Shown: positions 6,739 to 14,554 of the stretch, piece after piece | Layout of the letters: every line of letters starts with the position of its first letter | Numbering within the stretch: position 1 is the first letter of the stretch | Source: Candidatus Methylomirabilia bacterium | GTDB taxonomy: Bacteria; Methylomirabilota; Methylomirabilia; Rokubacteriales; CSP1-6 | Length of the DNA: 16,441 bases | Assembly: GCA_041496385.1 (NCBI GenBank) | Contig: JBGQEL010000091.1 | Location: forward strand, 1-16,441 | Direction of reading: 5' to 3' | The notes under the pieces: model-generated | Seen by the model: the letters and a program-made list of their open reading frames with translations, nothing else | The model's database searches: none | What the model was told of the DNA's origin: nothing | Position numbers and translations under genes: made by a program

Positions 6739-7705
6739 GCTGCCGGACGTCGTCGTCTACCTCGAGGCGCTCGGCGCGCGGGTGCTGGGCGCAACGCTCG
6801 AGCGCGTCCGCCTCCTGAGCCCGTTCGTGCTGCGCTCGGTGGATCCGCCGCTCGCCGCCGCGGCCGGCCGCCGCGTCCGCGGCCTCCGCCGGCTCGGCAA
6901 GCGCCTGGTGATCGAGCTCGATCCCGATCTCTACCTCGTGCTCCACCTGATGATCGCCGGCCGCCTGCACTGGAAGCCCGCCGGCGCGAAACCGCCGGGC
7001 CGGATCGGCCTGGCCGCCTTCGACTTTTCGACGGGCACCCTCACCCTCACCGAGGCGGGCACCCGGAAGCGCGCGGCGCTCCACCTGGTGCGGGGCGACG
7101 CCGCGCTCGCGGAGCACGATCCGGGCGGCCTCGAGGTGCTCGAGGCCGACCTCGCGGCATTCGGCGCGGCGCTCGCCGGCGAGAACCACACGCTCAAGCG
7201 CGCGCTCACCGACCCCGGGATCCTGAGCGGGATCGGCAACGCCTACGGGGACGAGATCCTGCACCGCGCGCGGCTCTCGCCGGTCCGGCAGACGCGCCAA
7301 CTCACCCGCGCGGAGACGGCGCGGCTCTTCGAGGCCACGCGCGCGACACTGGTGGAGTGGAGCGCGCGGCTGCGCGCGCTGGCGGGCGGCGGCTTCCCCG
7401 AGGGCGTGACGGCGTTCCGCGAGGGCATGGCGGTCCACGGGCGCTACGGCCAGCCCTGCCCGGACTGCGGTGCGCCGGTGCAGCGGATCGTCTACGCGGA
7501 CAACGAGACCAACTACTGCGCGCGCTGCCAGACCGGCGGCCGGCTCCTCGCCGACCGCTCGCTCTCGCGTCTGCTGCACGCGGACTGGCCGCGGACGCTC
7601 GAGGAGATGGAGGAGCGGCGGCGGGTCAGCGGGATCGCGGAAGGACGATCGGCTGGCCGTGCGGGGTCGCGCGCGCGGCGCGGTCCCACTCGTCCTTCCG
7701 CGTGA
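6731..7705 (+). CDS. Fpg/Nei family DNA glycosylase/AP lyase (MutM-like paralogue)
   Basis: N-terminal (M)PELPDV from GTG 6731, GKRL, HLMIAG, H2TH motif GIGNAYGDEILHRARLSP, and Zn finger CPDC...YCARCQ followed by a LADRSLSRLL tail. Confidence 0.92.
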   Translation: MPELPDVVVYLEALGARVLGATLERVRLLSPFVLRSVDPPLAAAAGRRVRGLRRLGKRLVIELDPDLYLVLHLMIAGRLHWKPAGAKPPGRIGLAAFDFSTGTLTLTEAGTRKRAALHLVRGDAALAEHDPGGLEVLEADLAAFGAALAGENHTLKRALTDPGILSGIGNAYGDEILHRARLSPVRQTRQLTRAETARLFEATRATLVEWSARLRALAGGGFPEGVTAFREGMAVHGRYGQPCPDCGAPVQRIVYADNETNYCARCQTGGRLLADRSLSRLLHADWPRTLEEMEERRRVSGIAEGRSAGRAGSRARRGPTRPSA

Positions 7706-7985
7706 GCAGCTCCCCGGCGGGGATCAGCCCCTTCTCGGCGACGAGCTTCTCGAGGGCCGCCAGCCAGTAGTCGTAGTAGCGGTTGCCGTCGTCGACCTCG
7801 CCCCGTGCCTTCGCCGCGGCGATCTCGTCGGCGAGGTGCCTGGCCCACTCCGTCCAGGTGAAGCACCCGCGCGCGCTGAGCGCCACCGCCATGCTGAAGG
7901 CCTGGGCCTCCCAGGGCGCGCGAAAGAGGGGCCCGGCATCGTCCTTCGGGATCGCGGGCAGCGTCGATAGATCCGGCGCGCTCAT
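7626..7985 (-). CDS. Nitrile hydratase accessory/activator protein (P14K-like)
   Basis: PLFRAPWEAQAF, FTWTEW, YYDYWLAALEKL and C-terminal ATPHG. ATGA overlap with the beta-subunit stop. Confidence 0.9.
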   Translation of the reverse strand: MSAPDLSTLPAIPKDDAGPLFRAPWEAQAFSMAVALSARGCFTWTEWARHLADEIAAAKARGEVDDGNRYYDYWLAALEKLVAEKGLIPAGELLTRKDEWDRAARATPHGQPIVLPRSR

Positions 7986-8653
7986 GCCGGATCCATGTGG
8001 TCGTCCCAGAGGTCGATGTACACGGTGTCGCGCGGCGAGGCCTCCGGGCCCCAGAGCTCACGCGCCTCGAAGCGCACGCTGTAGAGGTGCTGCGGCTTGT
8101 CCCCCTGCCCGATGCCGCTGGCGTCGGGGAACACCCAGACGTCGTGATCCTGCGCGACGACGCCGCGCCTGCCGCGCGCGTAGCGCGGCAGCCGCGTGTG
8201 GCCGAGCGGGTGGATGTTGCGCGTGAGGACGCGATCGCCGACCCGGAAGCGCGCGGGCAGCTCCTTCTCGACGCGCGAGGCGCCGGCCTTGCGGAGCGCC
8301 GGCTCGACGTCCTTGGCCCTCAGCACGCGCAGGCCGGCGACGGGCGCGGTCGCGTCCGGCCGGCCCGCGAGCCGCGCCTCGAGCTCCTCGCCCCGGGCCA
8401 GGCCGGTCTCGTGCAGGAGCTTCACGAGGCCGTAGAGCCAGTGCTCGTAGTACGAGGTCGCCAGGTATTCGGCCGGCGGCATCTGCTCGCGCGCGTAGCG
8501 CGACATGTCGATGTTCCACTTGCCGAGAAAGCCGGCGGCGAGGTTCAGCGCGAAGGCGCGCCGCTCCCACGCGTGGTGAAAGACGGGCTCGTCGCGCTCG
8601 ATCTCCACGGGCCCGAACCCGTGCATGCCGCCGAGGTCGTGGGCGCCGTTCAC
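7982..8653 (-). CDS. nthB: Nitrile hydratase beta subunit
   Basis: (M)[50 protein letters not shown] and IDLWDD. GTG 8653 overlaps the alpha stop. Confidence 0.95.
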   Translation of the reverse strand: MNGAHDLGGMHGFGPVEIERDEPVFHHAWERRAFALNLAAGFLGKWNIDMSRYAREQMPPAEYLATSYYEHWLYGLVKLLHETGLARGEELEARLAGRPDATAPVAGLRVLRAKDVEPALRKAGASRVEKELPARFRVGDRVLTRNIHPLGHTRLPRYARGRRGVVAQDHDVWVFPDASGIGQGDKPQHLYSVRFEARELWGPEASPRDTVYIDLWDDHMDPA

Positions 8654-9285
8654 CGGCGGCTGCCTTCGGGGGGCGCGGGCACCCGGGCCACGCCGATCAT
8701 CGCGTCGCGGGTGACGAGGGCCGCCAGCTCGTCCTCGGTCATCCGCTCGGTGCCGGCCGGCCGCTCGGGCAGCACCATGTAGCGGACCTCGGCCGTGCTG
8801 TCCCAGACGCGGACCTCGGTGGCCTCGGGCACGTCGACACCGAGCTCGCGCAGCACGCCGCGGGGATCGATCACCGCGCGGGCGCGGTACGGCGCCGACT
8901 TGTACCAGACGGGCGGCAGGCCGAGCACGGCCCACGGGTAGCACGAGCAGAGCGTGCAGACGATCACGTTGTGGACCGCGGGCGTGTTCTCGACGACGAC
9001 CAGCTTCTCGGACTGCCGGCCCACGAAGCCGAACTCGGCGACCGCCGCGGTGCCTTCCTCCAGCAGCCGGCGCTTGTAGGCAGGGTCGACCCAGGCGTGC
9101 GCGACGATGCGGGCGCCGTTCCGCGGCCCGACCTTCGTCTCGTACGTGTCGATCAGTGCGTCGAGGGCGGCCGGGTCCACCAGGCCCTTGTCGACGAGCA
9201 ACGACTCGAGCGCGCGCACGCGCAGCTCGGTCTCGGTGAGGGGCGAGCCCTCCTCCGCGTGATCGTGATCGTGGTCGTGGCTCAT
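8650..9285 (-). CDS. nthA: Cobalt-type nitrile hydratase alpha subunit
   Basis: Metal-binding [10 protein letters not shown] (Thr/Tyr variant, Co-type), [23 protein letters not shown] and a His/Asp-rich N-terminus. SD-like GAGGA upstream. Confidence 0.96.
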   Translation of the reverse strand: MSHDHDHDHAEEGSPLTETELRVRALESLLVDKGLVDPAALDALIDTYETKVGPRNGARIVAHAWVDPAYKRRLLEEGTAAVAEFGFVGRQSEKLVVVENTPAVHNVIVCTLCSCYPWAVLGLPPVWYKSAPYRARAVIDPRGVLRELGVDVPEATEVRVWDSTAEVRYMVLPERPAGTERMTEDELAALVTRDAMIGVARVPAPPEGSRR

Positions 9286-9288
9286 CGC

Positions 9289-9698
9289 TCACATTCCTCT
9301 TGGCAGATCCGCGCGCTCGACGAGCGCGATCAGCGTCGCCAACATGGTCGCGACGGCCGTCTCCCGGCCGCCGTCGAGGGCGACCACGTCCGCCGCGCAC
9401 ACGGTGAGTGTACGACCGGGCCGCGTCGCGCGTCCACGGGCGATCAGCCGCTCGCCCCTGGCGGGGGCCAGGAGGTTCACCTTGTACTCCACCGTGAGGA
9501 CGGCGGCCTCGGGCGCCATGAGGCTCAGCGCCGCGTAGCCGCAGGAGCTGTCGGCGATGGTCGTCACGATGCCCGCGTGGAGAAACCCGTGCTGACCTTG
9601 CCGAGCCGCGCGCCGATCGTCGTCATCACGGTTTGCAGGGCGAAGCTCCCGCGCACGCGCGCCTCGAAATGGGGATCGCGGGGTTCGAAGGTGGACAT
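9289..9698 (-). pseudogene. PaaI family (hot-dog fold) thioesterase, frameshifted by an internal deletion
   Basis: N-terminus MSTFEPRDPHFEARVRGSF..QTVMTTIGARLGKV is in one frame (stop at 9564-9566). QHGFLHAGIVTTIADSSCGYAA...TVEYKVNLLAPARG is in another frame. The junction is near 9593-9596, and the 410-nt span is not a multiple of 3. Confidence 0.8.
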
Positions 9699-9726
9699 GC
9701 GTGCGCAAGCATAGCAGACTCGTGCA
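9699..9726. promoter_or_regulatory. Overlapping divergent promoters for the PaaI-nth operon and EamA (leaderless type)
   Basis: Only 28 nt separate the two divergent ATGs. Minus strand: TGCTATGCT (9716-9708), 9 nt from ATG 9698. Plus strand: weaker CAGACT (9715-9720), 6 nt from ATG 9727. No SD on either side. Confidence 0.5.
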
Positions 9727-10584
9727 ATGCCCCCGGCCGCGCTCCTGCTCGTGCTCGGCGCGGCGGTCTGCCACAGCACGTGGAACCTGCTCATCAAGAC
9801 CGAGCCGCGGCGCCTCGAGATCCAGTCGGGCGCCATCATCGTCGGCACGCTGCTCTGCGCGCCCGTACTGTTCGTCTACCCGCTCGGCGGGGTGCCGGCG
9901 CGGGCGTGGGCGCTGATGCTCGTCTCCGGCGTGCTCGAGACGTCCTACGTCTTCGCGCTCTCCGCGGCCTACGGCGCCGGCGACCTCTCGCTGGTCTATC
10001 CAGTGGCGCGCGGCATCGCGCCCGTGCTCGTGACGCCGCTCGCCGTGGCGTTCCTCGGCGAGCGGCTCTCGGCGCCGGGGCTCGGCGGGATCGGGCTCGT
10101 CGTGGTCGGGATCTTCATGAGCCACGGCGCGACGGGTCGCGGCTGGACGGTGGCGCGCGCCGATCGCCGCGCCCTCGGCCTGGCGGTCCTGACAGGCGTC
10201 TTCACCTGCGGCTACTCGCTCGTGAACAAGCTCGGCGTGCGGCTGGTCCCCGTGCCGCTCTACGCCTTTCTCGTGTTCCTCGTGGACGCCGCGCTGATCC
10301 ACCTCGCCCAGTGGGTGCGCGGCGGCGGCGCGCCGCCGATCCGGCGCGACGCGCCCTGGGGCCGCATCGTGGTGGTCGGCGTCCTGATGATGAGCGCCTA
10401 CGTCGCGGTCCTGGGCGCGATGGCGCTGGCGCCCGTGAGCTACGTCGTCGCCGCGCGGGAGACCAGCATCGTGGTGGCGGCGGTGCTCGGCGCCCTCGTC
10501 CTGCGCGAGCGGCATTCCGCCGTCCGCATCGCGGGGTCCGTCGTGATCTTCGCCGGCCTCGTCGTCATCGCGCTGGCCCGCTGA
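9727..10584 (+). CDS. EamA/DMT family inner-membrane transporter
   Basis: 285 aa, highly hydrophobic, two-repeat architecture. HSTWNLLIK, YGAGDLSLVYPVARG, FLGERLS and ARETSIV...LRER. Confidence 0.9.
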   Translation: MPPAALLLVLGAAVCHSTWNLLIKTEPRRLEIQSGAIIVGTLLCAPVLFVYPLGGVPARAWALMLVSGVLETSYVFALSAAYGAGDLSLVYPVARGIAPVLVTPLAVAFLGERLSAPGLGGIGLVVVGIFMSHGATGRGWTVARADRRALGLAVLTGVFTCGYSLVNKLGVRLVPVPLYAFLVFLVDAALIHLAQWVRGGGAPPIRRDAPWGRIVVVGVLMMSAYVAVLGAMALAPVSYVVAARETSIVVAAVLGALVLRERHSAVRIAGSVVIFAGLVVIALAR

Positions 10585-10695
10585 CCGAGGCGTCGCCGCC
10601 GATCCCGGACCTGTCCCGGCGGCCCGCTCGACCTGTTCATGGGCGCCCTCGCCCGCAGGCCGAGGAAAGCCCGGCGAGTGTGAGAATATGGCTCC

Positions 10696-10700
10696 GGAGG
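10696..10700 (+). promoter_or_regulatory. Shine-Dalgarno GGAGG for the aminotransferase
   Basis: GGAGG lies 8 nt upstream of ATG 10709. Confidence 0.7.
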
Positions 10701-10708
10701 AACCCACG

Positions 10709-12061
10709 ATGCCCACGATCGAGCAGGAATACGCCGAGGCGCGCCCGAAGTCGCGCGCGCTGCACGAGCGCGCGCGCCAGAGCATGCCGAGCGGCGTCGC
10801 CCACGACGGCCGCGCGATCTCGCCCTTCCCGTTCTTCGTCGACCGCGCCGACGGCGCTCGCAAGTGGGACGTGGATGGCCACGTCTACATCGACTGCTGG
10901 AGCGGCCACGGGGCCCTGATCCTCGGCCACAACCATCCGGCGATCGTCCGCGCGATCACCGAGCAGGCGCGGCGCGGCCTGCACTACAGCGCGTGCAGCG
11001 AGCTCGAGGTCCGCTGGGCCGAGCTGATCCGCGGCTGCGTGCCGGGCGCCGAGCGCGTGCGCTTCACCATGACGGGCACCGAGACGACCGCGCTGGCCGT
11101 GCGGGTGGCGCGCGCCTTCACGGGGCGCGATGCGATCGTCAAGTTCCAGGGGCACTTCCACGGGGTCCACGACGCGGTCACGGCCGCGGTGAAGGACCCT
11201 TTCGAGATCCCCATGTCGGCCGGGGTGCCGGGGGCCACGCTCGCGCTGACGCGTGTCGCGCGCCCCAACGACCTCGCCCACGTCCGCGAGCTGCTCGACG
11301 AGCAGCCGGTGGCCGCGGTCATCCTCGAGCCCGCGGGCGCGCGCTCCATGACGGTACCGACCAATCCCGAGTTCCTCCGCGCGCTCCGCGCGCTGACGCG
11401 CGAGCGCGGCGTCATCCTGATCTTCGACGAGGTCGTCACGGGCTTCAGGATGGCGGCGGGCGGCGCCCAGGAGTACTACGGCGTCACGGCCGATCTGACC
11501 TGTCTCGCCAAGGCGGTCGCCGGGGGCCTCCCGGGCGCGGCGCTCGTCGGGCGCGCTGACCTGCTCGACACCATCGCGTTCGCCGGCGACGCCAAGCGCG
11601 ACCGCACGCGGCGCGTCGCCGACCAGGGCACCTACAGCGCGACGCCGCTCGTGGCCGCCGCCGGCGTCGCCGGGCTCGAGATCCTCCGCACGGGCGAGCT
11701 CCAGCGCGAGCTGAACCGCAAGGGTGACCGGGTGCGAAGCGGAATGAACCAGACCCTCAAGACGCGCGGCGTAAAGGGTTGCGTCTACGGCGCTTCGTCG
11801 ATCTTTCGTATTCACGTAGGGGCCGATGCCCACGAGCTCGGCCTGGACGACTGGTCCATGGACGCCGCGCGCCTGGACCGCGGCATGGGTCCGCTCGGCG
11901 CCAGGCTCCACCTCGCGATGCTGCTCAACGGCGTGGACTACAGCCGCGGCGGCGCGCACGGCTGGCTGAACGCCGCGATGACCGACGCGGACGTGGACCA
12001 GATCGTGGAGGCCTTCGACCGCGCGCTCGAGCGCCTACGCCGGGAGGGCGCGCTCCCCTAG
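10709..12061 (+). CDS. PLP-dependent class III aminotransferase (glutamate-1-semialdehyde aminomutase-like paralogue)
   Basis: WDVDGHVYID, ILGH, TGTE, KFQGHFHG, ILEP, FDEVVTGFR and PLP lysine in DLTCLAK. It deviates from HemL (QGTYSATP rather than AGTLSGNP), so it is not called hemL. Confidence 0.88.
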   Translation: MPTIEQEYAEARPKSRALHERARQSMPSGVAHDGRAISPFPFFVDRADGARKWDVDGHVYIDCWSGHGALILGHNHPAIVRAITEQARRGLHYSACSELEVRWAELIRGCVPGAERVRFTMTGTETTALAVRVARAFTGRDAIVKFQGHFHGVHDAVTAAVKDPFEIPMSAGVPGATLALTRVARPNDLAHVRELLDEQPVAAVILEPAGARSMTVPTNPEFLRALRALTRERGVILIFDEVVTGFRMAAGGAQEYYGVTADLTCLAKAVAGGLPGAALVGRADLLDTIAFAGDAKRDRTRRVADQGTYSATPLVAAAGVAGLEILRTGELQRELNRKGDRVRSGMNQTLKTRGVKGCVYGASSIFRIHVGADAHELGLDDWSMDAARLDRGMGPLGARLHLAMLLNGVDYSRGGAHGWLNAAMTDADVDQIVEAFDRALERLRREGALP

Positions 12062-13245
12062 GCCCTGCCCCAGAGGCGGCGCGTGGCGATGTCGGCGCCC
12101 TCCCGCAGGGCGCGAAGCTTGGCCCACACCACGCTCGCGGCCACCGCCTCGGTCCCGGCGAACGTGCCGAAGCCGCAGTCCGTCGAGGCGATCACGCGCG
12201 TGCGGTCGCCGACCGCCTCCACCGCCTGGCAGATCCGATCGGCCACGACCTCCGGATGCTCCACGAAGTTCGTCGTCGAGTCGATGACCCCGGGCAGGAA
12301 GAGCATCGAGTCGGGCAGCGGGTGGCGCTTGATGACCTTGTACTCGTGGGCGTGGCGCGGGTTGGCCAGCTCGATCGAGAGCGCGCCGACGCGGGCCCGG
12401 TAGAGCAGCGGCAGGATCGCCTCGAGCGGCACGTCGTGGACGTGCGGGCCGTCGTAGTTTCCCCAGCAGACGTGGAGGCGGATGCGCTCGGGCGGGATGC
12501 CGGCGGTCGCCTCGTTGATCGCGCCGACGTGCAGCTCCACGATCTGCTGGAAGCGTTCGACCGGGTCGTGCTGGAAGAACCGCGCGCGCTCCATCGCGAG
12601 GTCGGGGGCGTCCAGCTGCAGCACGAGCCCGCGCGCGTGGATCAGCTCGTATTCTTTCCGCATCTCGCGGGCGAGTGCCTGGACGTACCGCTCGTGGGAG
12701 CCGTAGAAGGCGTCGAGCAGGATCGTGGCGATCGTGCCCGGGGAGGCCGCCGTCATGAACGTCTCCGCGAACTGCCGCCGCTGGCCTTCGAGACACCGGC
12801 GGAAGACCTCGCACTCCGCGGCGGCCTCGCCTAGGTCGGCGTACTCGATCTCGGCCACCGCCTGCGGCGCGTTCGCGATCCGCGGGCCGTGTCGGCGCCG
12901 CTCCGCCAGCATGGCGGCGTAGTCCGGAAAGTCCACGAGGTCGCGCGCCAGCGGGCGCCGGCTCTCGCCGCCGAAGCCGCGCATGCGCCGGGCGACGTAG
13001 GTCGAGAACCCCACGCGCGGCTGCTCGCCGTCGTTGCCGACGTCGATCCCGGCCTCGAGCTGGCGGCCGACGACCGCGGCCACCGCCGACTCGACCTGGC
13101 GCCCCAGCTCGGCGAGGTCGATCGCCTCGCCGCGCTCCTGGCGCACGAGGAGGTCGCGGAGCACCGGGTTGCGCGGCAGGCTGCCCACGTGGGTCGTCAG
13201 GATCCGGTCGTCGCTCCTGCGCATCCCGCGCCCCTCGCTGGCCAT
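12058..13245 (-). CDS. Cobalamin-independent methionine synthase II family (catalytic-domain-only MetE / epoxyalkane:CoM transferase-like) protein
   Basis: TTHVGSLPR, DVGNDGEQ, LQLDAPDL, Zn-ligand motifs HVCWGN and TDCGFG, PGVIDST and WAKL. 395 aa, with no N-terminal MetE half. Confidence 0.9.
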   Translation of the reverse strand: MASEGRGMRRSDDRILTTHVGSLPRNPVLRDLLVRQERGEAIDLAELGRQVESAVAAVVGRQLEAGIDVGNDGEQPRVGFSTYVARRMRGFGGESRRPLARDLVDFPDYAAMLAERRRHGPRIANAPQAVAEIEYADLGEAAAECEVFRRCLEGQRRQFAETFMTAASPGTIATILLDAFYGSHERYVQALAREMRKEYELIHARGLVLQLDAPDLAMERARFFQHDPVERFQQIVELHVGAINEATAGIPPERIRLHVCWGNYDGPHVHDVPLEAILPLLYRARVGALSIELANPRHAHEYKVIKRHPLPDSMLFLPGVIDSTTNFVEHPEVVADRICQAVEAVGDRTRVIASTDCGFGTFAGTEAVAASVVWAKLRALREGADIATRRLWGRA

Positions 13246-13252
13246 GCGCGAG

Positions 13253-13261
13253 AGGATAGCA
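13253..13261 (-). promoter_or_regulatory. Extended -10 promoter TGCTATCCT, leaderless configuration
   Basis: TGn-TATCCT lies 7 nt upstream of ATG 13245. No SD. Confidence 0.6.
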
Positions 13262-13276
13262 TCGCGGACGCCGGCC

Positions 13277-13315
13277 TGTTAGGATCACGACGGCGAGGGT
13301 CCGCCTCCAAGGGAG
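13277..13315 (+). promoter_or_regulatory. Extended -10 (TGTTAGGAT, 13277-13285) and SD (AGGGAG, 13310-13315) for the amidohydrolase
   Basis: TGnTAnnnT match, then a short leader with an SD 6 nt before ATG 13322. Confidence 0.55.
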
Positions 13316-13321
13316 CGTGCC

Positions 13322-14470
13322 ATGAAAGACCGGCTCATCTCGGGCGACAACCACATCGACCTCACCTACTGCCCGCCCCAACTCTGGTCCTCGCGGGCGC
13401 CGTCGAAGTGGAAGCTGCTGGTGCCGCGCGTCGAGGAGCTGGAGGACGGCCTGCACTGGTTCGTGGACGCCCAGGACAAGGGGATGTGGAACGGCGTGGG
13501 TCCCGGCTTCCTGAAGTACACGCCGGGCGCCTTCGGCCACATCGACGAGATGAAGGCCGTCGGCTTCGAGTGGGACTACCGTCCCGGCGCCAGGCCCCGC
13601 CCCACCACGCCCGAGCTGAGGCTGGCCGATCTCGACCGCGACGGCCTCGACGCCGAGATCGTCTACGGCTGCCTCATGATCAACGACCTCATCGCGACCG
13701 GTGAGATGCGTGCCTGGGCCAACGGCGTCTACAACGACTGGGCGGCCGACTTCGCCCGGCGCTCGGACCCGAACCGGGTCTTTCCGCTGGCGATCGTCCC
13801 GAACAACGACCCGCTCGTCGCGGCGGCCGAGATCCGCCGCTGCGCCAAGCTGGGACTGCGCGGCGGCGACCTCGCCTTCAAGCGCATGAGCCTGCCGCTC
13901 TACCAGCACGAGTGGTACCCGATGTGGGAGGCCGCGGCGGAGTGCCGCTTCCCGATCTCGTTCCACTCCACCGGCTTCAAGGGCTTGCGCGCGCCCGACA
14001 CGCCGCAGGCGGAACAGCAGTACATGCTGCAGTGGCGCCTCGTCCGCTCCGCCCTCTTCCAGCTCGACACGATGGAGGTGCTCGTCTCGGTGATCGCCTC
14101 CGGCGCGTGCGAGAAGTACCCGGACCTGAAATTCGTCCTCGGCGAGTCGGGCGTGACGTGGCTGCCGTACGTGTTCGACCGGCTCGACACGGAGTACGAG
14201 GATCGGGCCCGCGCGCTCGGCTTCGCGCTCAAGCCGAGCGACTACTTCCGCCGCCAGGGGTACGTCACCTACCAGCAGGATCAGTACCTGGAGCCGATCA
14301 TCCCGCTGATCGGCGAGGACAACATCATCTGGGGCGCCGACTACCCGCATCCGGACTGCGTCTGGCCGGACTCGCGCGGGCACCTCCAGAAGCACCTGGG
14401 CGGGCTCTCCGACCGCGTACGGCGCAAGCTCACCTGCGACAACGTCGCGGCGCTCTACAATCTGCGCTGA
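13322..14470 (+). CDS. Amidohydrolase_2 family protein (metal-dependent hydrolase/decarboxylase)
   Basis: ISGDNHID, RLADLDRDGLDAEIVY, YNDW, SFH, YPDLKFVLGESG..W.P and WGADYPH. Confidence 0.9.
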   Translation: MKDRLISGDNHIDLTYCPPQLWSSRAPSKWKLLVPRVEELEDGLHWFVDAQDKGMWNGVGPGFLKYTPGAFGHIDEMKAVGFEWDYRPGARPRPTTPELRLADLDRDGLDAEIVYGCLMINDLIATGEMRAWANGVYNDWAADFARRSDPNRVFPLAIVPNNDPLVAAAEIRRCAKLGLRGGDLAFKRMSLPLYQHEWYPMWEAAAECRFPISFHSTGFKGLRAPDTPQAEQQYMLQWRLVRSALFQLDTMEVLVSVIASGACEKYPDLKFVLGESGVTWLPYVFDRLDTEYEDRARALGFALKPSDYFRRQGYVTYQQDQYLEPIIPLIGEDNIIWGADYPHPDCVWPDSRGHLQKHLGGLSDRVRRKLTCDNVAALYNLR

Positions 14471-14509
14471 GCGAGTCGAAGGGCGCGTGCAGGACACGAC
14501 CGCGCAGGC

Positions 14510-14546
14510 CGGCGGCTTGACTCGGCAGCCGGGGCCGCCGTAGGCT
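14510..14546 (+). promoter_or_regulatory. Sigma70-type promoter TTGACT-N18-TAGGCT, overlapped by an inverted repeat
   Basis: -35 TTGACT at 14517-14522 and -10 TAGGCT at 14541-14546, with ATG 8 nt downstream (14555). The inverted repeat CGGCGGC (14510-14516) / GCCGCCG (14534-14540) brackets the -35 and spacer. Confidence 0.6.
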
Positions 14547-14554
14547 TGACGCGC

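Noticed and set aside
9259..9279. CACGAC/CACGAT hexamer repeats at the nthA 5' end
   Set aside because: They simply encode the His/Asp-rich N-terminus common in Co-type alpha subunits.
9699..10863. N-terminal extension of the 524-aa ORF 9289..10863 as a large thioesterase fusion
   Set aside because: It is antisense to EamA. The true PaaI N-terminus is in a different frame, starting at 9698.
10709..12061. hemL assignment
   Set aside because: HemL signature segments (GGVNSPVR, AGTLSGNP) are replaced and no tetrapyrrole genes are nearby.
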